From an uncultured Eubacteriales bacterium (lineage in GTDB: Bacteria > Bacillota_I > Bacilli_A > RFN20 > CAG-826), in the NCBI GenBank assembly GCA_963652335.1, contig CAVJSS010000001.1:60-64059 (forward strand): 64,000 bases of DNA, read 5' to 3'. The position numbers and the translations under genes are program-made. Positions 16,613 to 26,850 of this stretch are shown piece by piece. The notes beneath the pieces were generated by a model, which saw only the letters and a program-made list of their open reading frames with translations, had not been told where the DNA came from and searched no databases. Numbering within the stretch: position 1 is the first letter of the stretch; each line of letters opens with the position of its first letter.

Positions 16613-17485
16613 ATGCATAAAATCGTTTCCAAAAAGGTTTTGAATCCAAACGTGATCCAAATCGAGATCAAATCCCCTTTGGTGGCCAATAAAGCCAAAC
16701 CAGGCCAGTTCATCATTCTGCGCGTTGATGAAAATGGGGAGAGAATCCCTTTTACGGTCGCCGGGGTCGACAAAGAAAAAGGATATACGAAAATAATCTT
16801 TCAGGTCGTAGGCTCTTCGACTGAAAAGCTCAAGCATTTGGAAGTAGGGGACTATATAGCTGACTTCGTCGGCCCATTAGGAAAACCAACTGAAACGGAT
16901 GGGATAAAGAAAGTTTGCGTGGTCGGAGGCGGAGTCGGATGCGCGATCGCGATGCCAATAGGCGAAGAATTCCATGCATTAGGCGCGGAAGTGACTTCAA
17001 TCATCGGATTCAGAAACAAGGACCTTGTCATATTGGAAGATGAATTCAAGTCGTTTTCAGATCATTTTCATTTAGTTACGGATGATGGATCTTACAAAGA
17101 AAAAGGCAATGTCACGATGCCTCTACGGAAATTGTTGGAAGAAGATCCAAAGAGATTCGACTTAATAATCGCGATCGGACCGCTCATCATGATGAAATTC
17201 GTGGTCATGACCGCCAAGGAATTCGGCGTCCCATGCACCGTTTCGATGAATCCGATCATGGTCGATGGGACTGGGATGTGCGGCGGATGCAGATTATCCG
17301 TTATCGAAAACGGCAAACGTTGCATGAAATTCGCCTGCGTAGATGGGCCCGATTTCAATGGCTATGAAGTTGATTTCGATGAGGCGATGTCAAGGAACCG
17401 CCAATACGGCGAATGGGAAAAACACGCCTACGGAAAGACCTGCAATCTTTTAAAAAAAGGAGGTTCAATGATATGGCCAACATGA
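16613..17485 (+). CDS. nfnA: Ferredoxin-NADP(+) oxidoreductase small subunit (PyrK-like FAD/[2Fe-2S] protein, NfnA type)
   Basis: 290 aa. FAD/NAD-binding pattern (GQFIILRV, VGGGVGCA) and a C-terminal Cys cluster CGGCRL...FACVDGP. Confidence 0.8.
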   Translation: MHKIVSKKVLNPNVIQIEIKSPLVANKAKPGQFIILRVDENGERIPFTVAGVDKEKGYTKIIFQVVGSSTEKLKHLEVGDYIADFVGPLGKPTETDGIKKVCVVGGGVGCAIAMPIGEEFHALGAEVTSIIGFRNKDLVILEDEFKSFSDHFHLVTDDGSYKEKGNVTMPLRKLLEEDPKRFDLIIAIGPLIMMKFVVMTAKEFGVPCTVSMNPIMVDGTGMCGGCRLSVIENGKRCMKFACVDGPDFNGYEVDFDEAMSRNRQYGEWEKHAYGKTCNLLKKGGSMIWPT

Positions 17486-18927
17486 ATCCTTTGAAAAATC
17501 CGATGCCTACCGAGGATCCCAATATCCGTTCCAGGAACTTTTTAGAAGTGGCGAAAGGCTATAATGAAGAGATGGCGATCGATGAGGCCGATAGGTGCCT
17601 TAATTGCTTGAATAAACCTTGCGTGAATGGCTGTCCAGTCCATATCGATATCCCGTCCTTCATCTCAAAAATCAAAGAAAAGGATTATGACGGCGCTTAT
17701 AACGTAATCTCTTTATCCTCTTCTTTGCCTGCCATATGCGGACGCGTGTGCCCTCAAGAAAGCCAATGCGAATCCAAATGCACAAGAGGCAAAGGATTGC
17801 TTCCTTTGAAAAACGAGGACGGAAGCATCAAAAAGGACCAAAACGGAAATGTGATCAAAATCCAATCCGAGCCAGTCGGAATCGGAAGGCTGGAACGATT
17901 CGTAGCCGATTATTATATTGACAACGGCCATTTGAAGGTGAAAACGCCCGAATCAAATGGGCATAAGGTTGCGATAATCGGCTCTGGTCCTTCGGGTTTG
18001 GCGTGTGCTGGAGACCTGGCCAAAAAAGGCTTTATGGTCACGATTTTCGAAGCCCTTCATGTCGCTGGCGGGGTCTTATCCTATGGCATTCCGGAATTCC
18101 GTCTTCCGAAAGCCGTCGTCCAAAAAGAAGTCGATAGCCTAAAAGATTTGGGTGTTGATATCGAGACGAACGTCGTCATCGGAAGGACTTTGACGATCGA
18201 TGAATTGTTCGAAAAAGGATATGAAGCGATCTTCATCGGTTCCGGTGCCGGGCTTCCTAAATTCATGGATATTCCAGGGGAGGGTTTAAAAGGCGTTATG
18301 TCAGCCAATGAATTCTTGACCAGACTTAATCTTATGAAGGCATATAAAGATAATTCCGACACTCCTATCGTCAAAGGCAAACACGTCATCGTCGTCGGAG
18401 GCGGCAACGTAGCGATGGATGCCGCTAGAAGCGCCAAACGATTGGGAGGAGACGTAACCATCGTTTACCGCCGTACCAAAGATGAACTTCCAGCCAGGAA
18501 AGAGGAAGTGGAACACGCCGAGGAAGAAGGCATCGAATTCGCTTTCCTTAACAATCCGACGAAGATAAACGGAGACGAAAACGGCAACGTTGCTTCCGTT
18601 ACGTGCATCAAGATGGCACTTGGCGAACCTGATGCTTCCGGGAGAAGACGTCCAATCGAAATAAAAGGCTCCGAATACGAGATTGAAGCCGATCAAGTGA
18701 TAATGGCTTTGGGAACTTCTCCGAACCCATTGATAAAACAAACCACAAGCGGATTGGAAACCAACAAACATGGCGGGATCATCGTGAACGAAGAAACCCG
18801 AGAGACATCTAGAAGCGGAGTCTATGCCGGTGGGGATGCCGTAACGGGAGCCGCAACGGTCATATTGGCTATGGGAGCGGGCAAAAAAGCCGCAGCCGCC
18901 ATCGCTGATTCATTGCTTAAGAAATAA
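17473..18927 (+). CDS. nfnB: NADPH-dependent glutamate-synthase-small-subunit-like oxidoreductase (NfnB type)
   Basis: About 484 aa from the ATG at 17473 (MANMNPLKN), overlapping the nfnA stop. It has two Fe-S Cys clusters and dinucleotide folds IIGSGPSGLACA and VVGGGNVAMDAA. Confidence 0.85.
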   Translation: MANMNPLKNPMPTEDPNIRSRNFLEVAKGYNEEMAIDEADRCLNCLNKPCVNGCPVHIDIPSFISKIKEKDYDGAYNVISLSSSLPAICGRVCPQESQCESKCTRGKGLLPLKNEDGSIKKDQNGNVIKIQSEPVGIGRLERFVADYYIDNGHLKVKTPESNGHKVAIIGSGPSGLACAGDLAKKGFMVTIFEALHVAGGVLSYGIPEFRLPKAVVQKEVDSLKDLGVDIETNVVIGRTLTIDELFEKGYEAIFIGSGAGLPKFMDIPGEGLKGVMSANEFLTRLNLMKAYKDNSDTPIVKGKHVIVVGGGNVAMDAARSAKRLGGDVTIVYRRTKDELPARKEEVEHAEEEGIEFAFLNNPTKINGDENGNVASVTCIKMALGEPDASGRRRPIEIKGSEYEIEADQVIMALGTSPNPLIKQTTSGLETNKHGGIIVNEETRETSRSGVYAGGDAVTGAATVILAMGAGKKAAAAIADSLLKK

Positions 18928-18958
18928 AAGAAAGGAGGCAAGATAGCCTCTTTTTTTA
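18928..18958. terminator. Bidirectional terminator between nfnB and the lipid kinase gene
   Basis: GAGGC-AAGATA-GCCTC hairpin flanked by an A-rich run and a T7 run. Confidence 0.65.
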
Positions 18959-19810
18959 TTTCGATATGTACGCCTTATATTCGGTGACGTCTTCGATGAC
19001 TTCCCCATCGATTTGCAATGAATGAGGGATGGAGAATCTTACTTTCACTTCTTCGGTTAAATAATATTTTACCGTTTCCGGAATTTTATCGGCGCGGCCT
19101 TTGTTTACTTCGTTTAAGGCCAATAACGTTTTCAATTTGCCTTTGGCGTTAGCTATCACGACCGTAAGTTTTCCACTGGAACGGTCTTGGCTTTTGGCTA
19201 CTTTTATGCCACCGCCGAAATATCTTCCAAGCATCGAGGAAACCAAGAAAACATCGTTGACCACCAATGTCTCGCCGTTTATCTCGACTGTGGCGGTAGT
19301 GGTCTTATAGTTTCTCAATATCAGCTTCAAGGTGATTCCGATATAACTTATTTTCTTTTTGCCTTTTTTCTTTTGTTTGTTGGCTTCGGCGCAGGTGTCT
19401 CCGTCGATTCCTAACCCCGTTCCGTTGAAGAACCGATAGGTTTTTCCTTTGACTTCCACAAAGGGGAGGTTACGAAGCAAGTCATTTACCTTTAAAAGGC
19501 CATCTTCGTCTAACTTGTCGGAATTGTCTTTCGCAAAGTCGTTCCCGGTTCCTATCGCGGTGAAATAAAAAGGGCAAGGGAGATCTATTCCGTGGATCAT
19601 ATTGATGAAATGATTCAAGGTCCCGTCTCCGCCTGCGATTATGACATTGTCGTCTTTTTTAAGGCTCGATATGAACGCATTATGGTCCATATCCACTGAA
19701 TTCGTTTCGATTAAATCGGAGAATCTCTTAGATAATTTCAAGGCTTCTTTGTGGGCTCTTTCTTTGCCTTTCAAAGAAGATGAGAAGGAATTGTATAGCA
19801 AATAATTCAT
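18956..19810 (-). CDS. Diacylglycerol/lipid kinase family protein (YegS/DagK-like)
   Basis: 284 aa with the DAGK catalytic motif IIAGGDGTLNHFIN. Confidence 0.8.
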   Translation of the reverse strand: MNYLLYNSFSSSLKGKERAHKEALKLSKRFSDLIETNSVDMDHNAFISSLKKDDNVIIAGGDGTLNHFINMIHGIDLPCPFYFTAIGTGNDFAKDNSDKLDEDGLLKVNDLLRNLPFVEVKGKTYRFFNGTGLGIDGDTCAEANKQKKKGKKKISYIGITLKLILRNYKTTTATVEINGETLVVNDVFLVSSMLGRYFGGGIKVAKSQDRSSGKLTVVIANAKGKLKTLLALNEVNKGRADKIPETVKYYLTEEVKVRFSIPHSLQIDGEVIEDVTEYKAYISK

Positions 19811-19911
19811 ACGAATAATTTTATGTTCTTGAGCGACAATGTCAAAAGCTTCATTGGATTCGTTGCTGTTTTATCTTTTTCTAATAAGTCATAAATGGCA
19901 AAATTATAGAC

Positions 19912-21723
19912 ATGAAAAACAACCGTATATTTTTGCTAGTTTCTTTAAGCGCAGCCCTTCTGTTGGGTTCATGCGACAATCAAAAAGACAATCATTCTTC
20001 TTCGTCCGATTCTTCGAATTCTAGCTCATCGATCTCTTCGTCCCCATCGGAAGACGAGTCGCCCAGCGATACCTCGAGCAGCTCATCGGATTCAGGCTCA
20101 AGTTCTGATCAAACATGTTTGCTTTATAACGGCTATTATTCGTCTCTGACCAGTTGGGAAAACGGGGACGACCTGATCCAAAAATTGCATAATATCATTT
20201 CTTCTGGAACTTATAAGCCAATCGAATATTCGGGAAGTTACACGAATTGGATGAGCAACAAGGACGCGGATAGGGATATATATGATAGAGAACGTTTGGA
20301 CGTCATTTATTCAGGAGATTCCTTAAACCCTGACAAAACCAATATCGATTGGCAACGGGAACATGCCTGGCCTGCTTCTTTGATGACCAATCAAAATACC
20401 AGCGAAGCGGTGAAAACCTTGGGCAGAGCGACCGATTTTCATAGCATATTCGCTTCTTACTTTTCGGGTAATACTTCCAGAGGCAACAAGAATTACGGGA
20501 ATGCCGATCTGAACGCATCTTCTTTCCAAGACAAGGGCTTTGCTTCGGGCGGATATCGATTCGACAATAAGAACTTCGAACCTGCCGATTGCGACAAAGG
20601 ACGCCTTTCGAGAGCCATCTTTTATATGGCCACGATGTACAATGAGCCGGTTTATAAGGAAGATGGCACAACGTTGTTGTATGGCGCCTTGACCATCACC
20701 GAAGATTACGTCGATTACGATTCTACGAATTATTCAGCCTACGCGATCGGCAATCTGAACGATTTGCTCGATTGGTCCAAAAACGCGGTCGATCTAGCCG
20801 AATACCAACATAACGAATCAGTTTATTCCTTCGTTCCCGACACCCATGAGGACAAAACCAAAAACACCGCCCAAGGGAACAGGAATCCTTACGTCGATTT
20901 CCCTGGATTGGTCGATTATGCCTTCGGAAGCAAAAAAGATATGGCTGGTTCCTTATCCTCGTTGCTATCTTCCTATGAGGCTTTGAATATCGAAAATCCA
21001 ACAAATAACGTTAGGACCATCATCTCGGCCAAACGTTCATACGAGGTTGGCGAAAGTTTTTCGAAAAGCGACGTCGTAGTCGGAAAATACGTCAAAGACA
21101 TGAATATCGAAACTGATGGCACTTTCTCTATCGAAGGAGTGTCCGACGGAGAGGTGTTGGATGCCGTTTGCACCAAGGTCGTCACGATAAAAACCTCCAC
21201 GAATTCTTTGAAATATTCCTTTGAGGTAAAAAGCGCCGACCCGTTTGCCTATAGTGCCTATAGTTATACCCTTACCGGAAAATCAAGCGGAGGGGATTTG
21301 GCTGACATCAAAGAGAATCCAGGGGTCGATAATGAAGTCGATCTAGGCGGAGTGACTTGGATAATCCGTTATGAAAAAGGAGCGGTTGGAAGCAAAAATT
21401 CCACTTTTGGCATCGCTTTCGGCACTTCGAAAGTTCCGGTGGAGACATTGACCATAAGAAGCAAAGAGGCTTTCTCTTTTTTAGATAAATCCAAAATCAA
21501 ATCCATTTATTTGAAGGGGTCGGCTGCTTCTGGGGAATCGTATTCATGTTCTCTTTATGTCGGCGATTCTTTGCTGAAACAAACCTCGCTAGGCTATAAA
21601 TATGGCGAGGCCCAAGTAATCTCGTCTAATCTTGAGACTCCGACAAGCGGTGAAGTCAAATTCGTCATATCAAACATCACCAAAGCGGTCTATGTCCATT
21701 CTTTGGCGGTCAATCTGGAATAA
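19912..21723 (+). CDS. Lipoprotein nuclease, endonuclease I family, with a ~235-aa C-terminal extension
   Basis: 603 aa with lipobox LLLGSC and a long Ser/Asp tether. Endonuclease_1 motifs: REHAWPAS, TDFHSIF..NTSRGN, KGRLSRAIFYMATMY, GNRNPYVDFP. Confidence 0.75.
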   Translation: MKNNRIFLLVSLSAALLLGSCDNQKDNHSSSSDSSNSSSSISSSPSEDESPSDTSSSSSDSGSSSDQTCLLYNGYYSSLTSWENGDDLIQKLHNIISSGTYKPIEYSGSYTNWMSNKDADRDIYDRERLDVIYSGDSLNPDKTNIDWQREHAWPASLMTNQNTSEAVKTLGRATDFHSIFASYFSGNTSRGNKNYGNADLNASSFQDKGFASGGYRFDNKNFEPADCDKGRLSRAIFYMATMYNEPVYKEDGTTLLYGALTITEDYVDYDSTNYSAYAIGNLNDLLDWSKNAVDLAEYQHNESVYSFVPDTHEDKTKNTAQGNRNPYVDFPGLVDYAFGSKKDMAGSLSSLLSSYEALNIENPTNNVRTIISAKRSYEVGESFSKSDVVVGKYVKDMNIETDGTFSIEGVSDGEVLDAVCTKVVTIKTSTNSLKYSFEVKSADPFAYSAYSYTLTGKSSGGDLADIKENPGVDNEVDLGGVTWIIRYEKGAVGSKNSTFGIAFGTSKVPVETLTIRSKEAFSFLDKSKIKSIYLKGSAASGESYSCSLYVGDSLLKQTSLGYKYGEAQVISSNLETPTSGEVKFVISNITKAVYVHSLAVNLE

Positions 21724-21729
21724 ACAGTC

Positions 21730-23478
21730 ATGATAATCGAACGCATAAATAGCCCTAAGGACGTAAAAATTTTATCCAATGAAGAATTGGTCGTTTTGGC
21801 TGATGAGATAAGAAACGCTTTGCTTGAATCGATTTCCAAATTCGGCGGACATTTAGGCCCTAATTTGGGAATCGTCGAATTGACCATTGCCCTTCATTAC
21901 GTTTTCGATTCGCCAAAAGACAAAATCGTTTTCGACGTATCCCATCAATGTTATGCCCATAAGATGCTAACCGGCAGAAAGGATGCCTATCTATTCGATG
22001 ATAAGCATCATGAATGCTCAGGCTTTACCAATCCAAACGAATCTGAACACGACGTTTTTGAGATCGGACATACATCTACTTCCCTATCTTTGGCCAACGG
22101 ATTGGCCAGGGGCCGTGATTTATTGGGCGGGAAGGAAAATGTGATCGCCGTAATCGGGGATGGATCGTTGTCTGGCGGAGAGGCATACGAAGGATTGAAC
22201 AACATAGCCGAAGCCAATACCAACACGATAATAATCATCAATGACAATGAGAATTCAATCGCCGAAAACCATGGCGGATACATCTTTAATCTCAACGAAT
22301 TAAGGGCCACCAGAGGCCTAGCCACGAACAATATGTTCAAGGCCATCGGACTCGATTACCGTTATCTTGAAGAAGGGAATGACGTCATCAAGTTAATCGA
22401 GGCTTTAAAAGAAATCAAAGACATCGATCATCCTTTCGTTTTGCATATCCATACCCAAAAAGGCAAAGGATATGAGCCGGCGGTAAGAAATCCTGAGAAG
22501 TATCATTCCTTAAGCCCTTTTGATTTAAATACCGGCGAAGTCATCCAAAAGCCAAGCAAAGAAACCTATTCCGAGATAACTTATTCCTTTTTGGAAAAGA
22601 AAATAGAAGAAGGCGAACCGATCATTATGATCAATGCGGCAACCCCTACATTCGTTTTCGCCGCCAATAAGGAAAGAAGGAAAAAACTCGGCGATCATTT
22701 CGTCGATGTCGGAATATGCGAAGAACACGCAGCGGCCATGGCTAGCGGCATTGCTAAGAGGGGTGGGAAAGCGATTTGGGGAATTTCCGCTTCGTTTATC
22801 CAAAGGACTTACGATCAAATCTCGCAGGATATTTGCCTAAATGATACTCCAGCTATCATTTTGGATTTCAATGGCGGCGGGCTTAATGGAATAAGCACCC
22901 CAACCCATTCAGGCATTTTCGATATGGCGATGCTTATGTCGATCCCGAATCTTGTCTATTTGGCGCCTATAAGCAAAGAAGAATATCTTTCGATGCTCGA
23001 ATATGCGATCAATCAAAGAGAACACCCTATTTGCGTCCATGTTCCTTTGGAAGTCATATCCTTAGGAGAAAACGACGGTACCGATTATTCGATTTTGAAC
23101 AAATCGAAGGTCATGAAACGTGGCCATGATGTGGCGATAATCTTTGTCGGAAGCACTTATGAAAGGGCTTTGGCCTTGAGCGAGGCGTTGGGCGGGAATT
23201 GTTCATTGATAAATGCCGTTTATTTATCCGGTCTTGACAAACGTTTGCTTGATTCATTGAAAAAGGACCATAAAGTAGTTGCCACTTTGGAAGATGGCGT
23301 ATTGGATGGCGGATATGGCCAAAAAGTCGCTGCCTATTTCGGAAATAGCGACATCAAGGTTTTGACTTTCGGTATACCAAAAGGTTTTTATCGCAACAAA
23401 AGCGCCAAGCAAATGGAAGAATTATCCAATATGAGCGTTGGCCAAATGAAAGCAGCAATCGAAGAATCGCTTAAATAA
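21730..23478 (+). CDS. dxs: 1-deoxy-D-xylulose-5-phosphate synthase
   Basis: 582 aa with GGHLGPNLGIVELTIALHYVFDSPKDKIVFDVSHQCYAHKMLTGR and GDGSLSGGEAYEGLNN motifs. Confidence 0.9.
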   Translation: MIIERINSPKDVKILSNEELVVLADEIRNALLESISKFGGHLGPNLGIVELTIALHYVFDSPKDKIVFDVSHQCYAHKMLTGRKDAYLFDDKHHECSGFTNPNESEHDVFEIGHTSTSLSLANGLARGRDLLGGKENVIAVIGDGSLSGGEAYEGLNNIAEANTNTIIIINDNENSIAENHGGYIFNLNELRATRGLATNNMFKAIGLDYRYLEEGNDVIKLIEALKEIKDIDHPFVLHIHTQKGKGYEPAVRNPEKYHSLSPFDLNTGEVIQKPSKETYSEITYSFLEKKIEEGEPIIMINAATPTFVFAANKERRKKLGDHFVDVGICEEHAAAMASGIAKRGGKAIWGISASFIQRTYDQISQDICLNDTPAIILDFNGGGLNGISTPTHSGIFDMAMLMSIPNLVYLAPISKEEYLSMLEYAINQREHPICVHVPLEVISLGENDGTDYSILNKSKVMKRGHDVAIIFVGSTYERALALSEALGGNCSLINAVYLSGLDKRLLDSLKKDHKVVATLEDGVLDGGYGQKVAAYFGNSDIKVLTFGIPKGFYRNKSAKQMEELSNMSVGQMKAAIEESLK

Positions 23479-23568
23479 AAGGCGACTTATCGCCACTTAT
23501 TTTGTCTTTATAAATAAGGTGTGGTATGGTCTTAGCTAGGTAAAATAGTAAAATGCCTATCGTATTTT

Positions 23569-24915
23569 ATGGCTGAAGAAGAACGAAAAGAGACAAAACC
23601 TAAGAAAGAAAAAAGCAAGCTTGGAAACAAGATACGCTTGGTGATTTGCATCACGATCGCCGTTGTTTTCACGGTCGTTTCTTTGGTTTTGTCGTTGCTT
23701 TCTGCCGGAGGCGGAGACGTTGCCGAAGGAGCCAAGATTTTCTGGAATGCCTTAAAAACGGCCCAATGGCAATGGCTTTTGGGGTTGGTTGGAATGGTCG
23801 TGCTTTCCGTATTATTGGACGCCTTGGTGATTTTCATTTTCGCCCGTTTGTATACGAGACAATACAATTATGGCCAAGCCATAGCCAATTCGATGGTCGG
23901 AATCTTTTATTCGGCTTTGACTCCGGGAGCCTCAGGTGGCCAGGTGATGCAAAGCTACATCATGAAAAGGCAAGGGATAAAGATATCCAATGCCGCTTCT
24001 ATCTTCGTTATGTATTTCATCCTTTATCAGATCAACCTTCTGATTTTCGACATCGCTTCGATAATAGTCGAATGGGGTCGCATATCGGAATACGCATCAT
24101 TCTCATTCACGGTCGGGAACGTGAAAATGACTTTGCTCCCTTTGATCATCATCGGTTTTGCGTTCAATTTCATAATTTTGGGTGGCTTGTTTTTGCTATC
24201 CTATTCCCATAGGTTCCATAACTGGTTCATGAATTTGATCGTCAAAGTCGGACATAAACTTAAAATAGTCAAGAACCCTGATGGATTAAGGGAATCCCTC
24301 AATATCCAAGTCGAGAATTTCAAAATCGAATTGAAACGTCTTCAAACCAATATTCCGGTGGCGATTCTTATTTCGGCGATCCTTCAGCTCATCTTATTCG
24401 TCAAATTCTCGTTCCCGTATTTCGCGGCCTCCGCTTTCCAAGCGACCGGTGAATTCAATTCCAAAACTTTCTTCGATACTTGCTTTTTGTCGGCATTCCA
24501 TCAAATGGTTACCGGTTTGTTCCCGGTTCCGGGCGCGGCCGGCGTTTCTGAGTTGTTCTATGGCCTTGTCTATCAGTCGGTGATTGGACCTACCATAGGA
24601 GCTTCGGGAGAGATAATCCGTGACCAAGCCGCCAATTTGGCTTCCACTCAGATCCTTTGGAGGGCAATAACCTATCATTTCTTGGTCGTTTTGACTGGGG
24701 CAGTTTCGATTGGCTGCCAAGTTAGGCCATCCAAAGAATATGCGAACGCTTCATATAAGAATTTCATCACCGTCCAACATGAAACGTATGAAATCCGCAA
24801 AATGGAAGCTGAGCAAGCTTATGAGACAAAGCAGATCAGCCGCCAGATATTGAAAGACAAGATAAAGAACGGCGTTTCAAGGAAAAAGAAAAAGAAAGAA
24901 GACGGAGACAAATGA
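23569..24915 (+). CDS. Flippase-like membrane protein (UPF0104 / LPG_synthase_TM family)
   Basis: 448 aa and polytopic. It has a K/E-rich N-terminal tail and the family-typical TPGASGGQ motif. An ATGA overlap couples it to the downstream GT4 gene. Confidence 0.65.
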   Translation: MAEEERKETKPKKEKSKLGNKIRLVICITIAVVFTVVSLVLSLLSAGGGDVAEGAKIFWNALKTAQWQWLLGLVGMVVLSVLLDALVIFIFARLYTRQYNYGQAIANSMVGIFYSALTPGASGGQVMQSYIMKRQGIKISNAASIFVMYFILYQINLLIFDIASIIVEWGRISEYASFSFTVGNVKMTLLPLIIIGFAFNFIILGGLFLLSYSHRFHNWFMNLIVKVGHKLKIVKNPDGLRESLNIQVENFKIELKRLQTNIPVAILISAILQLILFVKFSFPYFAASAFQATGEFNSKTFFDTCFLSAFHQMVTGLFPVPGAAGVSELFYGLVYQSVIGPTIGASGEIIRDQAANLASTQILWRAITYHFLVVLTGAVSIGCQVRPSKEYANASYKNFITVQHETYEIRKMEAEQAYETKQISRQILKDKIKNGVSRKKKKKEDGDK

Positions 24916-26090
24916 AGATCGCCATCTTTTCCGATACGTTCCCTCCTGACATAAACGGAGTGGCGACATCCACTTATAATCTTTCTGAAGCTTTGAAAGA
25001 ACATAACGAAGAAGTCTTGGTGATTACCAGCAATTCTTTGAATCGAAAGAAATCGGAATATTCCAAATCTTTGATCCGTTTGAAAGGAATTCGCCTGAAA
25101 CGTTTATACAATTACGTCATTTCCTGGTTCGGTAACAGGAAAACGATGAAAATCTTGAAGGATTTCAAACCCGATGTATGTCATATCCAAACCGATGGCC
25201 CATTGGGTCAATTTGGTTTTAAAGCGGCAAAAAAGACGGATTCCGCTTTAGTTTACACCTACCATACTTCTATCGAGGATTATACGTATTACGTCACCCA
25301 TGGCTGGTTTTTCGACAAATCCGCGAAAGCCATCGTCAAACGTTACGTAAAGAAAAAAGGCAAAAAGGTCGACGCTTTGATAGTTCCGAGCGAAAAGATG
25401 GCGGATTATATGAAGTCTTTGAATATAATGTCGAAAGTAAGCGTCGTTCCAACCGGCTTTGATTTTGAACGTTTCAAAAATATCGACAAAGGCAAAGTGG
25501 ATGAATTGAAAAAACGCTACGGGATAAGCCAAGACGATTATGTCATCCTTTATTTGGGACGCATTGCCAAAGAGAAATCCATCGATTCTTTGTTTGAGGC
25601 TTTCAAAGAATATTCAAAAGGATGCGAATCAAAAGGAAATGCCAAATTCTTGATTGCCGGAGGCGGTCCTGATCTTCCGCGTTTGAAAAGACTGGCGAAA
25701 GATTTATGGATAGGAGAAAAGGTCATTTTTACAGACAAGGTTGAGCCTACCGAAGTCCCTTATTATTATCGTTTGGGAAACGTCTATGTCTTCGCCTCCA
25801 TTACCGAAACGCAAGGCCTGACAACCTTGGAAGCGATGGCATCCGGTTTGCCAGTGATCGTCAAATATGATGAATCGAACAAAAATTTCATCAAGGATGG
25901 AATAAACGGTTTCGTGTTCCAAAACGAATCGGAACTCAGCCGTCTTTTGGATAAAGTCAGAAACCTTAGCAAAAAAGAAAAGGAAAAGATGATAGAAAAC
26001 GGTTATATTTCCTTAGAGGACTACACTTTAGAATCTTTCTGTTCTTCCGTTATCAAGGTCTATGAATCGGCAATAAAAAACAATGAGTGA
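24912..26090 (+). CDS. GT4-family glycosyltransferase (glycolipid synthase-like)
   Basis: 392 aa. N-terminus MKIAIFSDTFPPDINGVATS and an EX7E region TETQGLTTLEAMASGLPVIV. Confidence 0.85.
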   Translation: MKIAIFSDTFPPDINGVATSTYNLSEALKEHNEEVLVITSNSLNRKKSEYSKSLIRLKGIRLKRLYNYVISWFGNRKTMKILKDFKPDVCHIQTDGPLGQFGFKAAKKTDSALVYTYHTSIEDYTYYVTHGWFFDKSAKAIVKRYVKKKGKKVDALIVPSEKMADYMKSLNIMSKVSVVPTGFDFERFKNIDKGKVDELKKRYGISQDDYVILYLGRIAKEKSIDSLFEAFKEYSKGCESKGNAKFLIAGGGPDLPRLKRLAKDLWIGEKVIFTDKVEPTEVPYYYRLGNVYVFASITETQGLTTLEAMASGLPVIVKYDESNKNFIKDGINGFVFQNESELSRLLDKVRNLSKKEKEKMIENGYISLEDYTLESFCSSVIKVYESAIKNNE

Positions 26091-26850
26091 GAGCGTAATC
26101 AAAAAGATAGAAAAAAAGAAAGGCGAATATCTGATTGTCTTTCCCGATTTCCAATTGTCTCTATGCGAATCTTTCTTTTCGGAAGAACTTTTATACGTAG
26201 GCAAAGAATTATCGGATGAAGACCGTATCCGTCTTAAAAAGCTAAGCGAAATTAACGGTCCATACGAATACGCCCGTAGCTTATTGCTCCGTTCTTCTTA
26301 TAGCAGTCATGCAATCAAAGAAAAGATCAAAGCCAAATATCCTCAATGCGCCTATGCAAACGAAACGATCCTCAAACTGAAAAAAGAAGGCTTGCTGGAT
26401 GATTCTAGATATGCTGAAACATATAAAGATTATAAAGAAGCCGAGCTTTATGGACCTAAAAGAATATTGGATGATCTTCGATATAAAAAAGGGATAAGCG
26501 ACGAAATATTGGATAATCTTGAATTTCAAAACGAAAGAGATGCATTGAATAAGCTATTTCCCATCATCAATAACAAATATAAAGGATTGCCTTATAAAAA
26601 GAAGGCCTCGAAAGTCGAAAACGCTTTATTGGTTCGCGGATTCTCTAAGGATTTGGCGAAAGAATATGCTTCCAAGGCCGAAATAGATCCCAAAGAAGTC
26701 AAAAAGAACCTTATGATGGATTTTTCCAAATCAAAAAGGAATCATTCGAAAAAATACAAAGGATACGAGCTAAAGCAAAGAATAATTCGTTCTTTGCTTA
26801 GCAAAGGATATACAATGAATGAGATAAAAGAGGTGCTGGAAGATGAGTAA
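26083..26850 (+). CDS. recX: RecX-family recombination regulator
   Basis: 255 aa with a helical-repeat pattern (ETILKLKKEGLLDDSRYAETY). Confidence 0.65.
   Translation: MSESVIKKIEKKKGEYLIVFPDFQLSLCESFFSEELLYVGKELSDEDRIRLKKLSEINGPYEYARSLLLRSSYSSHAIKEKIKAKYPQCAYANETILKLKKEGLLDDSRYAETYKDYKEAELYGPKRILDDLRYKKGISDEILDNLEFQNERDALNKLFPIINNKYKGLPYKKKASKVENALLVRGFSKDLAKEYASKAEIDPKEVKKNLMMDFSKSKRNHSKKYKGYELKQRIIRSLLSKGYTMNEIKEVLEDE

Noticed and set aside
23646-24212. 188-aa alternative-frame ORF within the flippase-like gene. A 108-aa ORF at 62658-62984 within ychF is similar.
   Set aside because: Both are Arg-rich out-of-frame translations of well-supported genes, and neither has an independent start signal.
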